A program made the translations under genes and the position numbers. 64,000 nt of DNA, from NCBI GenBank assembly GCA_019828565.1, contig JAHDYR010000069.1, positions 663,794 to 727,793 on the forward strand. The letters are read 5' to 3'. Of the stretch, positions 39,401-49,927 are shown one piece after another (positions within the stretch are counted from its first letter, which is position 1; each line of letters starts with the position of its first letter). The stretch is from Carpediemonas membranifera BICM. Taxonomy: Eukaryota; Protista; Fornicata. The notes under the pieces were generated by a model that was not told the origin of the DNA, ran no database searches, and saw only the letters and a program-made list of their open reading frames with translations.

Positions 39401-41020
39401 ATGCTAGATATCACTATTCTACGCAGCTGGATTCGTGAGCATCATGAGAAGACCGTTAGGATTGCTTCTGCTGCACCTGGTCAAGAGCGTAAGGCTATTC
39501 GAGCAGATAAGAGTATGTTCGAGAGATGGTTCGCACTCCGGACGAATAAGAGCCGCTTGGAGCACCTCAAGGAGCACAAAGTGATAACGAAGACAGCCCT
39601 GAGATGCGCGCTGGTCGATAACATCGTCATTGACGAGATTCGTGATGTGTTTGGTCTCGCTGGCCGAGTTTCACTAATGGATCTCATCAACAAGGCTTCC
39701 CTTCCCGAGCTCATGGCCATTAGTGACGACCTTGCCCGGCCCGAGCTGTCTAAGGTTCCTGCAGGCTTGTTTATGGAGGATGATCAGGTTGAAATCGTGC
39801 GGAAGCAGTTTTTGACCACTACACCGGATCAGCGATCACCTTTGAGGATAACCGCGAGGCTGTCATGCCGTCACATCGTGGCTCTATTCATCTAGAAGGA
39901 ACAGGCCGTCTCTTTCTTCCAGATCAAGTCAACCTGATCCTTCGCGCTCTCTTCGTCGCCCCTGAGGGGCACTGTCGAGGAGCCCGCCGCGTGCATTCCC
40001 CCTACGAGGACATTCTTTCTGGTTGCAAGAATGATCCGGGAAGCGATGTGACATCAGCCCAGCTTGAGCGGTTGCGTCGAGATGTTGCCAAGGCAGCCGC
40101 CGAAGCTATTCAGGCAAGGAATGACCGCGAGGAAGCCATACACTCGCTTGAACTCGTTACTGCATCCTATGCGCAAGATACAGGGCATGCATATGTGACA
40201 CCACCCGCCAGCGACGCCGTGGAATTTTCCGACACTGACGAGGACGAGTCCGATGGCCACGCTGAACCGGCCGCCATGCAGGGTGACGGCGTTCCTTTGC
40301 CCCAGACTGATCAAGACGTCGAAGTAGAGTCCGATGTGGACGACACAGACACCGTTGGTCTCCAGACGGTTTACGATGTTGATGCAGAGGCCGATCATGA
40401 CGTCCGCGAGCCAGTGTCCCTGCTTAATCACAGCTTAGCACAGCTAGACGACACCATTGCAGGCCTTGATGATGTACCCGAGTCTGTGCGCTTGTTGGAG
40501 CAGTACGAGCCCTTGATGAAACGGCTTGCTGAGGAGAGGGGAGGCGAGGGAGGCGCTTGAACAGGCTAACAGAGATTCTGAGGAGTCCCAGAAGAGACTA
40601 GAAGCTGAGTTAGGTCAGCAGAAGGGCGAGGATCAGGCGATCCATCAGTTTACTCAAGCAGAGTTGGCACGCGCGAGTGAGGCTGGGCTTGAAGCACTCG
40701 CCGATGAACTCGAAGACAACTGGGCGGAGCTTATCAGGCGCGCCGAGGAGGCAACAATCGAGCTTGACCGCTACGTTGCTCTCGCTGCCTTGATGGAACT
40801 GTTCCAGAGGAACAATGTGGCTGGAGCTTTGTGGACTCGGATCAATAGCACCATGATGAGGTACGGGGGCCAGAAGTTCATAACGGTCCCACCCCTAGAC
40901 CTCGGTCTTACGCCTGAGATGAAGGCTATCATCGCACAGCACTCTCGAGAGAAGAAGACAAAAGCTCGTGTAACACAGGGAGAGAAGCTGGAGTTTCCCC
41001 TGGAAGGGCGTTCATGCTAG
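39401..41020 (+). CDS. Hypothetical acidic/coiled-coil protein, three overlapping frames
   Basis: Consecutive overlapping ORFs 39392-39895, 39865-40560 and 40526-41020; C-terminal part resembles 62157-63443. Confidence 0.5.
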
Positions 41021-41507
41021 TGGAGCAGTTGAAGTAAATGGGCACGGCGACAGGGCGGAACAAGCAACCGCGAAATAGAGATATCAGGTCATCCCTGACA
41101 TTGTATGGCGAGAACTGTTCTCAGTCTCCGCTTTGGGAGCTCTAAGATCAGTCTGAGATGAGTTACAGATGTCCACACGGTATTCGTCAAACTGAGCACT
41201 TCTCCAAATGAAATGTACTCGTGCTGCTTTAATGAGTCTTTGTTGTAGTCATAAACATAAGCAGCACCAATTGCCTTCATTTTGCCTGTTTCTGCCATTA
41301 TTGATCTGCATATTGATTCCAAGCGACTATCTAAACAAAAGCGGCTTTGAATTTCTTCAACAATGCCAATTCCGCGCATAATGTCCGATGAAATGCTGAC
41401 CACTTGTGATGCAGCTCCCTCAGGCGTTTCTAGATGTGGTTTCATTGGTTTCATTCTCAGTGACACCCTTTACATAATTCATTTACGTTATAAACATATC
41501 GAACGAA

Positions 41508-42739
41508 ATGAAGCAAGTGCCGAAAAAGAAGTCTCCTGGAACCTATCGCGCGTTCACTGGTCATGATCTTACTACAAATCTTTCAAAGATCACTTTTCGG
41601 GCCATGTTGACATGCTTCTTTGTCATTGTCGATGATATCGACGTAGACAGTGGCCTCTCACTGGGAATGCCCAAAGACTCCGTGTTATCGGCCTATAACA
41701 CTGTCGTGTCGAACTTGCTTGTCCCTGTGTACGGTGGTTTTGTTGCTTTGAAGAAGAAGAACTTCAACGAGAAGGGGTTGCTAGACTGGGCGAGAGATTT
41801 GGGTTATAAGCTCGGTTACACCAAGACTAAGCCGATCATCTACCACCAGTTGACGCCGAAAGAGAAGCCTAGCGCCAAGGATCTGTCAGTTTTCATGAAG
41901 GAGATGGCGAATGTCCTCAGACTAGCCAACGCCCCTGATATGGACATCGAGAACCTGAAGAAGATGAAGTTCATCTTCCCGACAGGTCTACTTCTTGATG
42001 CCAGGCAAAGATATCACAAGCAAAGCGTGCAGACCAAAAAGGCTGAGGGGAGATGAACCCAGCTTTCCTGCGTCTCCAATCAAATCTGAGTCACTGCTCA
42101 ACGATAACAGCCTTCTTGGATCCATTAAGACTGAAAGAGATGCGAAGACTCCCGCTCGTGACTCTTCTCTGACAAATCCTTCGGTCCAACACCAAATGAT
42201 CCAGGATCTTCACCAATACGTTGTTGGTGAACGAAAGTTCGATATGGCACATCAGCAAGAGCTGAAGCGTCCTACTGCTGATGACAGTGATGACAGTGAT
42301 GTCAGCATTGCTGAGAAAGACAGGTCCGCTGATTTCTTTCGATATGTTTATGCGTCAACTAGCATTTTGCTGCGGGCATTGCACTTCCCCGGATTGGTTG
42401 GGCAATCCGGAGAACGAAACTGACTTCGCCCAGTGCGGATCATGCAACCGCTACTACCATGGGAGGTGCGTGAGGTGGCTCAGCAATGGGAAGAAGGCCA
42501 TTACCAATTTCACGTGTCCGGATTGTGCTGCTGCTTCTGAATGCACCCGCTGCAAGGCTAAGATCAAATCGTCAAAGGGAAGGGACTCTTTCTTCTGCAA
42601 CATGTGCAAATCTTGGTATTGCAAGCCATGCGGTGTGGCCATGTGGGAGACCTCGATTGATGGAACCGTTGCCAGGTTCTTATTTTGCCAGGTCTGCAAG
42701 GAAAGCCTCCTGGCACTGAATCCGAGTCTGGCATTGTGA
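41508..42739 (+). CDS. Winged-helix-like + tandem PHD/zinc-finger protein, three overlapping frames
   Basis: CCGHC..AQCGSCNRYYHGRC..FTCPDC (C4HC3) plus a second Cys cluster; N-terminus has an RFX-like pattern (MPKDSVLSAY..KPIIYHQL). Confidence 0.65.
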
Positions 42740-42951
42740 GAGTAAAGGAAGGAAGAAGCGATCCAGCCTTTATGTAATTTAATCACTTGCGGCTTATCTA
42801 CATACAGCGGCCGGCCGGGGTTAGCCACTCACTGGGGTCAACATCATCCCACGGCAGCAAATTCGCTGCAGTAGATTGACTGTCGTCCCCGCTGGGGAAG
42901 GTGGGGAAGGTGTGGAGACGTTTCTATTACGCGTTTATTGGGCAATGTGGG

Positions 42952-44346
42952 TCAAACAACAATTTCTGCTGGTATTGGTTTCTCATACAACGGCATCCAT
43001 GGAAGAGTTGGTGTCCACCGCAGAATATTGTTGTACGCGTACCACCGTTTGTTGAGTGGGTTGAACAGCCAGTAAGTGCTGGGGGACTTATCCATCAGTG
43101 TCACTGCATATTTTGATGCCTCAAAGCGCGCAATAGCAGGAAACCCATGCGATTGTCTCGAAACCACAGTTTGTCTGCTCCCGCCGTCTACTCGCACATA
43201 GATAAGGACGTTGTTGGGCAATAGCACAAACTTGGAAAGTGGGTACAACCTATACACCTCATGTTCGCTGCAAGGAATCGGGTTTGGGTCCAAAAATAGA
43301 GATCGGACAATGTTGGGGATGAGTCGGGATCTACCGATGAGATAGCAATCATTGCCAGATCTAACGATCATAAACCTAGACTGTGCAACAAAGATGATTG
43401 CGTCGATCCAGACAGGTGTCCTCCTGAACCCCGGATGGGCGACATCCGTCATGTCATCAGCGGGAATATGACCAGTGGTATTACCGGTGAAGAACTGGGC
43501 TGGGACTATATTCTTTGTCTTGGATGCCCGGACCGTTCCGGACAAGATAACAAGTCCAGGCACGGCCCTGATCCCTCCAAGATTGACGGGAAGTTTCACC
43601 TTAGCAAACGAAGAGAATCGGTGAGTGAGGGCCACATCGTGTCCAAACCAAGCCATCATATTAACGCCATACTCCTGAGAAGGCGCTGTAACGAGCACCC
43701 CGTGCATTGTGTGCAACATGATGTAAGTGTTGCAGTGGCAGTCAAGAACAAATCGATGCCTGCACCACAGATGCATCTTGGCAAGCTTCTCAGCTATGGC
43801 TGCGGGGAAAACCGCCTGATGGACAGATGTAACACGAGCGAACCACAAGTTGCCAATGTAGAACGCCTTGCTGGTTGAGAAGAAGAAACACTTGCCATCA
43901 GACCAGAACCGCATGATCCGGTGACGGAATGAACGATGATTGTCGTGGAAGACAAACCCACAATAATGCACGAGCTCTGATGCATCATAGCTCTTGATGA
44001 CAGTCCGATCTCTCTTAGCAACACTATGTGAAAACATGAACTTCCTGCACATGAACCAGAGAGCGCTCGAGTCACCATCGGTCACCGTCCTCAGTATGGC
44101 CCACAACGTCCCTTGTATAAGCGTGTGAAGACGGTCGGGCAGCGATTCGCCTTCGCGAAGCTGAACATCCATGCTTAGCTGTGGATGGCTTCGCAGTTTG
44201 ATGACGCGAGAGAGAATCCGGGCAACCTGCGATGCCTGATCCGAATTCTCAAGCTCTTGCGCGTGAAGACAAGCAAGCTGAAGCATGTCATCAAACGTCT
44301 CCAGGTCTTGAAAGATGTGATAGAAATGCGAACGCGCAGGGAACAT
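42952..44346 (-). CDS. Hypothetical protein, beta-rich C-terminal half
   Basis: 464-aa ORF; no motif I can name with confidence. Confidence 0.5.
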   Translation of the reverse strand: MFPARSHFYHIFQDLETFDDMLQLACLHAQELENSDQASQVARILSRVIKLRSHPQLSMDVQLREGESLPDRLHTLIQGTLWAILRTVTDGDSSALWFMCRKFMFSHSVAKRDRTVIKSYDASELVHYCGFVFHDNHRSFRHRIMRFWSDGKCFFFSTSKAFYIGNLWFARVTSVHQAVFPAAIAEKLAKMHLWCRHRFVLDCHCNTYIMLHTMHGVLVTAPSQEYGVNMMAWFGHDVALTHRFSSFAKVKLPVNLGGIRAVPGLVILSGTVRASKTKNIVPAQFFTGNTTGHIPADDMTDVAHPGFRRTPVWIDAIIFVAQSRFMIVRSGNDCYLIGRSRLIPNIVRSLFLDPNPIPCSEHEVYRLYPLSKFVLLPNNVLIYVRVDGGSRQTVVSRQSHGFPAIARFEASKYAVTLMDKSPSTYWLFNPLNKRWYAYNNILRWTPTLPWMPLYEKPIPAEIVV

Positions 44347-44600
44347 AAAGAAAGACCCTTGTGGCTTGTTCTAAATAGCCCGGCAGGTTGTTGGGCAAAG
44401 TTTTGCACAGGACACAAGAGTTCCAGTAAAGGTCACAAACACTGAGCGACAATTGTCTGTGATTAGAATCAGTCATGTTCCCCCTATAGCTGTTCTTAAA
44501 CTGCACTGCCAAAATGAGGTGGAGAAAATGGCATCGACATTTTTTACGTAGGACCAATATAAACAGCGAAAAAACGTAAAGGAAACAAAACTGGGAGGAC

Positions 44601-47170
44601 ATGCATATCTCCACACAAGCTACTTTGGTCATCTGGAGAATGACACCTTACGGTAACATTCTAGCACCATCAAGCGTTTCCGCCGTCAATGTCATTCTAG
44701 CAAACGTTTACACCTCGATCCAAGGACACCACGCTAATGGCATGGATCGACGGTTCCGTCAATGCGATAAGGATTCGCGTTCGTTGTTCAAGGCTGTCTT
44801 GCTATCTCTAACTGATGGTGATATTGACAAGAGCATTCTTGATCCTGTCTTTGTTTCCTTGCTTGATGGTAATACGGATCGTTTTCGACGTAACATATGT
44901 GCTACTGTCAGAGAGTACACACCAACATGGTCCCATGCCTTCTCACCTGCGTCGGACGAGAGAGATAGCTTGTGCGAGGACAACCACCTGCTACTCGAGA
45001 AGATTGAGAACACCGAGCATGCATTTCAGTTCGCAATGGCGCTCAAGCGGATCACTGAAGGTGTCAATGTCGTTGATGATGAGGTTACTGTCTTTAACGC
45101 GATCGCCAAAAGGCTGGGTATCCAGACCATGAAGTTTGATGTCTCACATTATGCTCTCAAAGACCTTGGGTGTGATATTAGGAACGTGTTCGGAGTGAAA
45201 GAAGCCATGAAAGATCACGAGGCAGATTTTTTCGAGAGTCTTGTACCAGACGAGATACACTGTTCGCACAACACGTTTCGTTATGATCAAAACAACCAGA
45301 AGTTCCCTCTCGAACATACGACACGTTTCCCAATTGCAGCTGACGCAATAGGCTCCTTGCCGGTTCCGGTCAACAACTACTTACATGATGGAACGCACAT
45401 TACTATCTTCTTCAACAGCGAAGATGAACGAGATCAATGTGTCTCCATGCTTTCCCACCTCAACCCCACCAAGTTGAAAAGCGATCGGTGGGCCTTTGTC
45501 AAGTCGGTTAAGTATAACATTTCCAGCCGTATTGCACGAGGCATTCAGTCACCACAGTATCTCGAGACAGCCAGAGATATTTGGTATGATACAACGACAC
45601 ATGTTAGCAGAGAAGCGCGTGTTGAAGCTAGCTACATTCCAGTTGACATTCTCATCTGGTTTGATGCATGGCGAGGGACTACGACCGCTGTCAAATTCAG
45701 GCTGATTGACATGACAGGAGAGGTCTTTCCGCAGAGAGTGACATCACCATTCAGACTGCTTGAGTACCAGGGAAAGGAGGATCTTTTTGCCAACATACTT
45801 TGAGTATATTCAGTCTAACGTGGAAGAGGCAATCCAGAAGTCATTCCAAGTGCGAGAAACTGGAAGGTGGGCAAGAATCAACAGAGTATTGCTGATTGGT
45901 GACCACCCTGCCATGTCGACAGTTGTGGGCTCGCTGCAAGGAGGGCATTATCCATCGCCTTTCCAATCGAATAGTAAGCGAAACATGGGTTGGATGCCGT
46001 TTGGCGCCACGTTCCGGACCACACTTCAGCACGTCCTCCAAGCCAAAGAAGGTAGTATTGCTGAATCTACATCGGGTATTCCAGATCCTGCCGCGCACTG
46101 GGGCAGCTTTCTCCCTGGCGACTGACCGAAGGCGTTCGTTGGAATACAGAAGAAGAAGGTTACGTCAAACTCTCTTTGAGGGATCGTCGATTGCTCCTGA
46201 CAGTGTGTTTCTTATCCCCCAATCATGCACTGTTGCCATCATTTCATGGGTCAGGTGGCCCTAATGGCGGGAATGTTCAAACCGCGGAATGACGGCTCAC
46301 GAGAAGAGAACGCTCAGTGGGGACGTTATCTGCAATCTATCCAAGATTTCAAACCGCCAGATCGTACAACTGGGTGTAATGAGCATATGTTAGGCCGCAG
46401 GTTGATGGCCAACATGGCAACGACGTACTATCATGCGTTTCCTGTCTCTGTTCAGTCCATCTTCAGACTAATGGGATATCTTTTCTCCCATTATTACTCA
46501 ACTGCGACAGTGACGGAAGATATCGTGTGGTGGCATCGAGTTGCTGCACTGTTGGTCCACTTACTCCATGTAAGCCTCTCCTTGGTCACTGATAAGCCCA
46601 TCCCGGTTCCCACACCATCCGAGGCAAAATCAATGCGGCCATTCACTCAGACGCTATATAGCAATGCAATTGTCGCAACCATTCCCGAGATACAAGCCGC
46701 AACAATGCTTCCTTTTGGTGTCATCATTGAGGAGTACTTCGAGAGAGACTTCATTGGCAACCAGGATGCTCGTGTACATTTGAGGGAGGAACACAGTTCT
46801 GCAGCAAGTTATTCTGAGAGAACAAGCGGAGATGTTCTATCGGTTCCTGCGCGGTCCTGTATCTTATGGTCGACGTGAGGGCCACGTACCACTTCTTTCC
46901 CCTCTGATCAGCCTCCGAGTACACAAATGTTGCAAAGATCACGCTCAATGGATTCGTATTCAACAGGATATGACAGAAACGTTGCCAAAGTCTGATGTCA
47001 ACGATCTGAATAGAAAATTCGAGCAGAACGTCGCTCATTTGTGGGAAAGCATGCTGAGACGAGCGCGAAAGTCATGGAACAATGAAGACTGGCTGTTTAT
47101 CAAGGTTCGGGATGATCGTGAGAACGGTGTTCGTCTTGACGTGTGTCTATGCAGAGAAGGCTGTCCATAA
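44601..47170 (+). pseudogene. CMC (CACTA/EnSpm-Mirage-Chapaev)-like DDE transposase, frameshifted
   Basis: Motifs in the expected order across frames: ILIWFDAW (D1), VLLIGDHPAM..V.G..GGH (D2), FRTT..H, MH...MG, EEYFER (E). Confidence 0.7.
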
Positions 47171-48063
47171 ATCGTAGTTGTATTTAGCGGGGGAGACAAT
47201 AATCAACCACACGCCCGACCAAGCAGGAAAGTGACGCCCCTGGGATTGACGGGGAAACCCCGCATATTCCGGCAGCAAAACTTCGCTGAAACGGAACCAC
47301 ATAATTACTTGACTGATTTTTGGATCTTAGAGAAGACTTGACGCGCATAAACTCAGGTTGATCGTCAAGATCTCCGAAAGGAACGCAACTGCTGCCTAAA
47401 TCACCTTTTATCATTATTAGTCGGTTCAGCTTTTTTCTCGCAAGTCCGTCATCATTTCGTGACATAATCCGCGGGATCCGTAGCGAACGATGACTCCTCG
47501 GAAAAAAACACATAGTTGTGCTCTACACTTGACCTACATTCCAAATATTCACTTTGTTCTTTCCAACGGCTCAGTTTTGTCATGCGTTGACCGACCAAGA
47601 ATGTGAGCGTACACTGACACTATTGGTTGCATGATGTGAAACATCGTGTATTGCGTACATGAACAAAGTTTTAAGCTGTTATGACTCGTATTCGTTGAGA
47701 TATGGCTGTTTGTTCATACGCCTAAAAATGCACACATGGTCAAATCTGTCGAAACAAAAAAGAATTGGGAATATCTCGGGAATGACACGTTGCCGTTTTT
47801 CAAAAAATCGGGCAAGCCCAACGAATGATAGTATGGGATCGCCTGCATCATTTGCAAAAAACGGCAACGTGTCAATCTCTAGATATCGCCAATTCTGCAT
47901 AAAAACTTTTTTTTGCAAGGCATAGAACTCTACACTGTGAGCACTAGTGTATTAGTGCTTGCAGAAGCGGTTACTTGAGTCGATGAAGTATACGCACATG
48001 ACATAATTAATTAAAACAGTTTAATATTGAGTGAGCCACCAGGAATTTCCCTTATCCAATCAG

Positions 48064-48138
48064 GGGAATTTCCTCGGGGGAAAGCCCGAGGAAATTCCCC
48101 TACCCAATAAGGGAAATTCCTGCACCCTGGACAGTATG
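48064..48138 (-). repeat. Right TIR (within an 81-bp palindrome, 48041-48121)
   Basis: Reverse complement of 31406-31480. Confidence 0.95.
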
Positions 48139-49927
48139 GGGGCAGAGAGCGGTGAGGCTCTATGAGTCTGCGCACGACCTGGACCGTCCGACCCCCCTAG
48201 GGAATCTGGACTGGGCGACAGCGGAGAGAGGATCGGTCTTACATCGCCTCTACCAATGGCGACGGAGCGTCCTCCAGGGCACACAGGAGGAGATGCCCGC
48301 CAGGGGAAAAGAGCAAAGAGGGGAGGCTGGACCCTCACAGCAGAAGAACTACTGCACACCGGGGAGCCGAACGGCCAAAGGGGTGGCAACAGTACTAGCC
48401 CCGGAAGTCATCCTCAGCATGCAGCAAGGGAAGAGACCCAAGAAACCAGGAATGATCAAGGGTGAGATGATAACCAGACGGGAAGTCAAGAGAGTAATCA
48501 TGACTGCATCCAACACACTCCCCTCCCCCCAGCAACAGTGGCAGAAGCAGAGCCATACTTGGGAGCGCGATCGGCCAGCCCCAGGCCCTCCTGAGCAGGA
48601 TCAAGCGGTGTTGCCCCCTATGTACCCTGGACTCAGAAGGTGACACCATTACTCGCCTGTACACTGTCACCAGAACCGCGGCGGAAACCACCAAAATCCT
48701 CTCAGAATGGGCATACAACCAGCCCCTGGGAACACAAAGCCACATCATCTGCCAATGCAAGGCGGTAGAACGCCCAGGAGGATGGAATGACATCCTGGCG
48801 GAGGCGCATCTACGCACACAGTACCACGCCCTAAGGCAAGGGCAGGAGGCGGAGTGGTACAACTCAAGGGCAATCCTGGAAATGCTCTGGCTCCTCCGCA
48901 GCGAGGACCATACCGTCAGAGAGGGACTGCAGAACGGCAGACGTGCCCTTCTGAACCTCCGGAAAGACGGGTAAGTACACCATCCCAGAATCCTATGACC
49001 TCTGGGACCAGGGGTCAAACTGGGACCCAACCCCCTGCCTCAACCGAAGCGGAGCGCTCCTGGGATCAGCGGGGGACGCAAGCCCCACGTATCCCGGTAG
49101 CACCCAGCCGCGGAAGGGGGACTCAACCCCGAACACTAATCTCGCTAACACACAAACGCTCACCCATACTGGGAACGTAGACAACATTCAGCCGGCAGAA
49201 CCGGCACACTCTTCACACGTATAAGAAATAACCCAGAGCCATAGGGCGGGGCACGTATGCACATGTATACACGTACGTGCGAGGTATCGGGGCGCAGCAG
49301 CCAAACAGGAGGGTAACCATAAGGCAACAATACCACCTGGGCGGCACCTGGACCAAAAACAGAGCTGCGCCGAACGGCCCGGCACCCAAAACTGGGAACC
49401 AGCCGGAAGCTAGGGAAGAAGCCCTATAGGGAACAAATCCTTGAGGAGGGGATCCATGCCGGAACGGAAAGTGTGGAAGAGCCCGAACGCAGCCGTGAAT
49501 CATATAGCTACCCAGCGATGATCGGTGGGTTTCATAACTGGCCCAATTGCGTGGTACGGCAAACGCCAAGCCCGAAACCGCTTCGGCGGGTGCCTGAAAA
49601 ATTGCAAACTGGGTCGAATGGTATGGAGAACATATCCCTGAGAGGAGCCCTGTAGGGGAAACCGAGCAGAAGGCCCCGGTGGCGGGTGTGCAGGGCAAGG
49701 CCTTGCGGGTGCCAGGCAGAACGGGGGCCCGAAGGACCCCCAAGAGTAAGACCTGGGTTATCCCGACTTTGGGGGTATCGGGCCAGCCAGTTGATAGGTC
49801 AACATGCAAGGGACTACCCAGCCTTACCAGCTGGACCCTGACGGTGATGGTGCTAACGCCCCCAACGTAGTATCAGGCTCGCTCACGAAGGGAAGTCAAC
49901 ACGCTAAGGCGTTCCCGGGGACATGGG

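Larger units (their letters stand above)
31406..48138. mobile_element. Giant (16.7 kb) TIR DNA transposon, CMC/CACTA-like, with multi-gene cargo
   Basis: 75-bp TIRs (1 mismatch) starting CATAC; left end precisely interrupts the RLE element; internal CMC-like transposase; base composition is more AT-rich than the flanks. Confidence 0.85.

Noticed and set aside
42952-44346. RCC1/beta-propeller assignment
   Set aside because: Only a vague beta-rich pattern; no repeat consensus I can demonstrate.
31406-48138. Polinton/virophage or endogenous giant-virus fragment
   Set aside because: No protein-primed polymerase, packaging ATPase, capsid or rve integrase recognised; CMC-type motifs and CA-start TIRs fit a cut-and-paste transposon.
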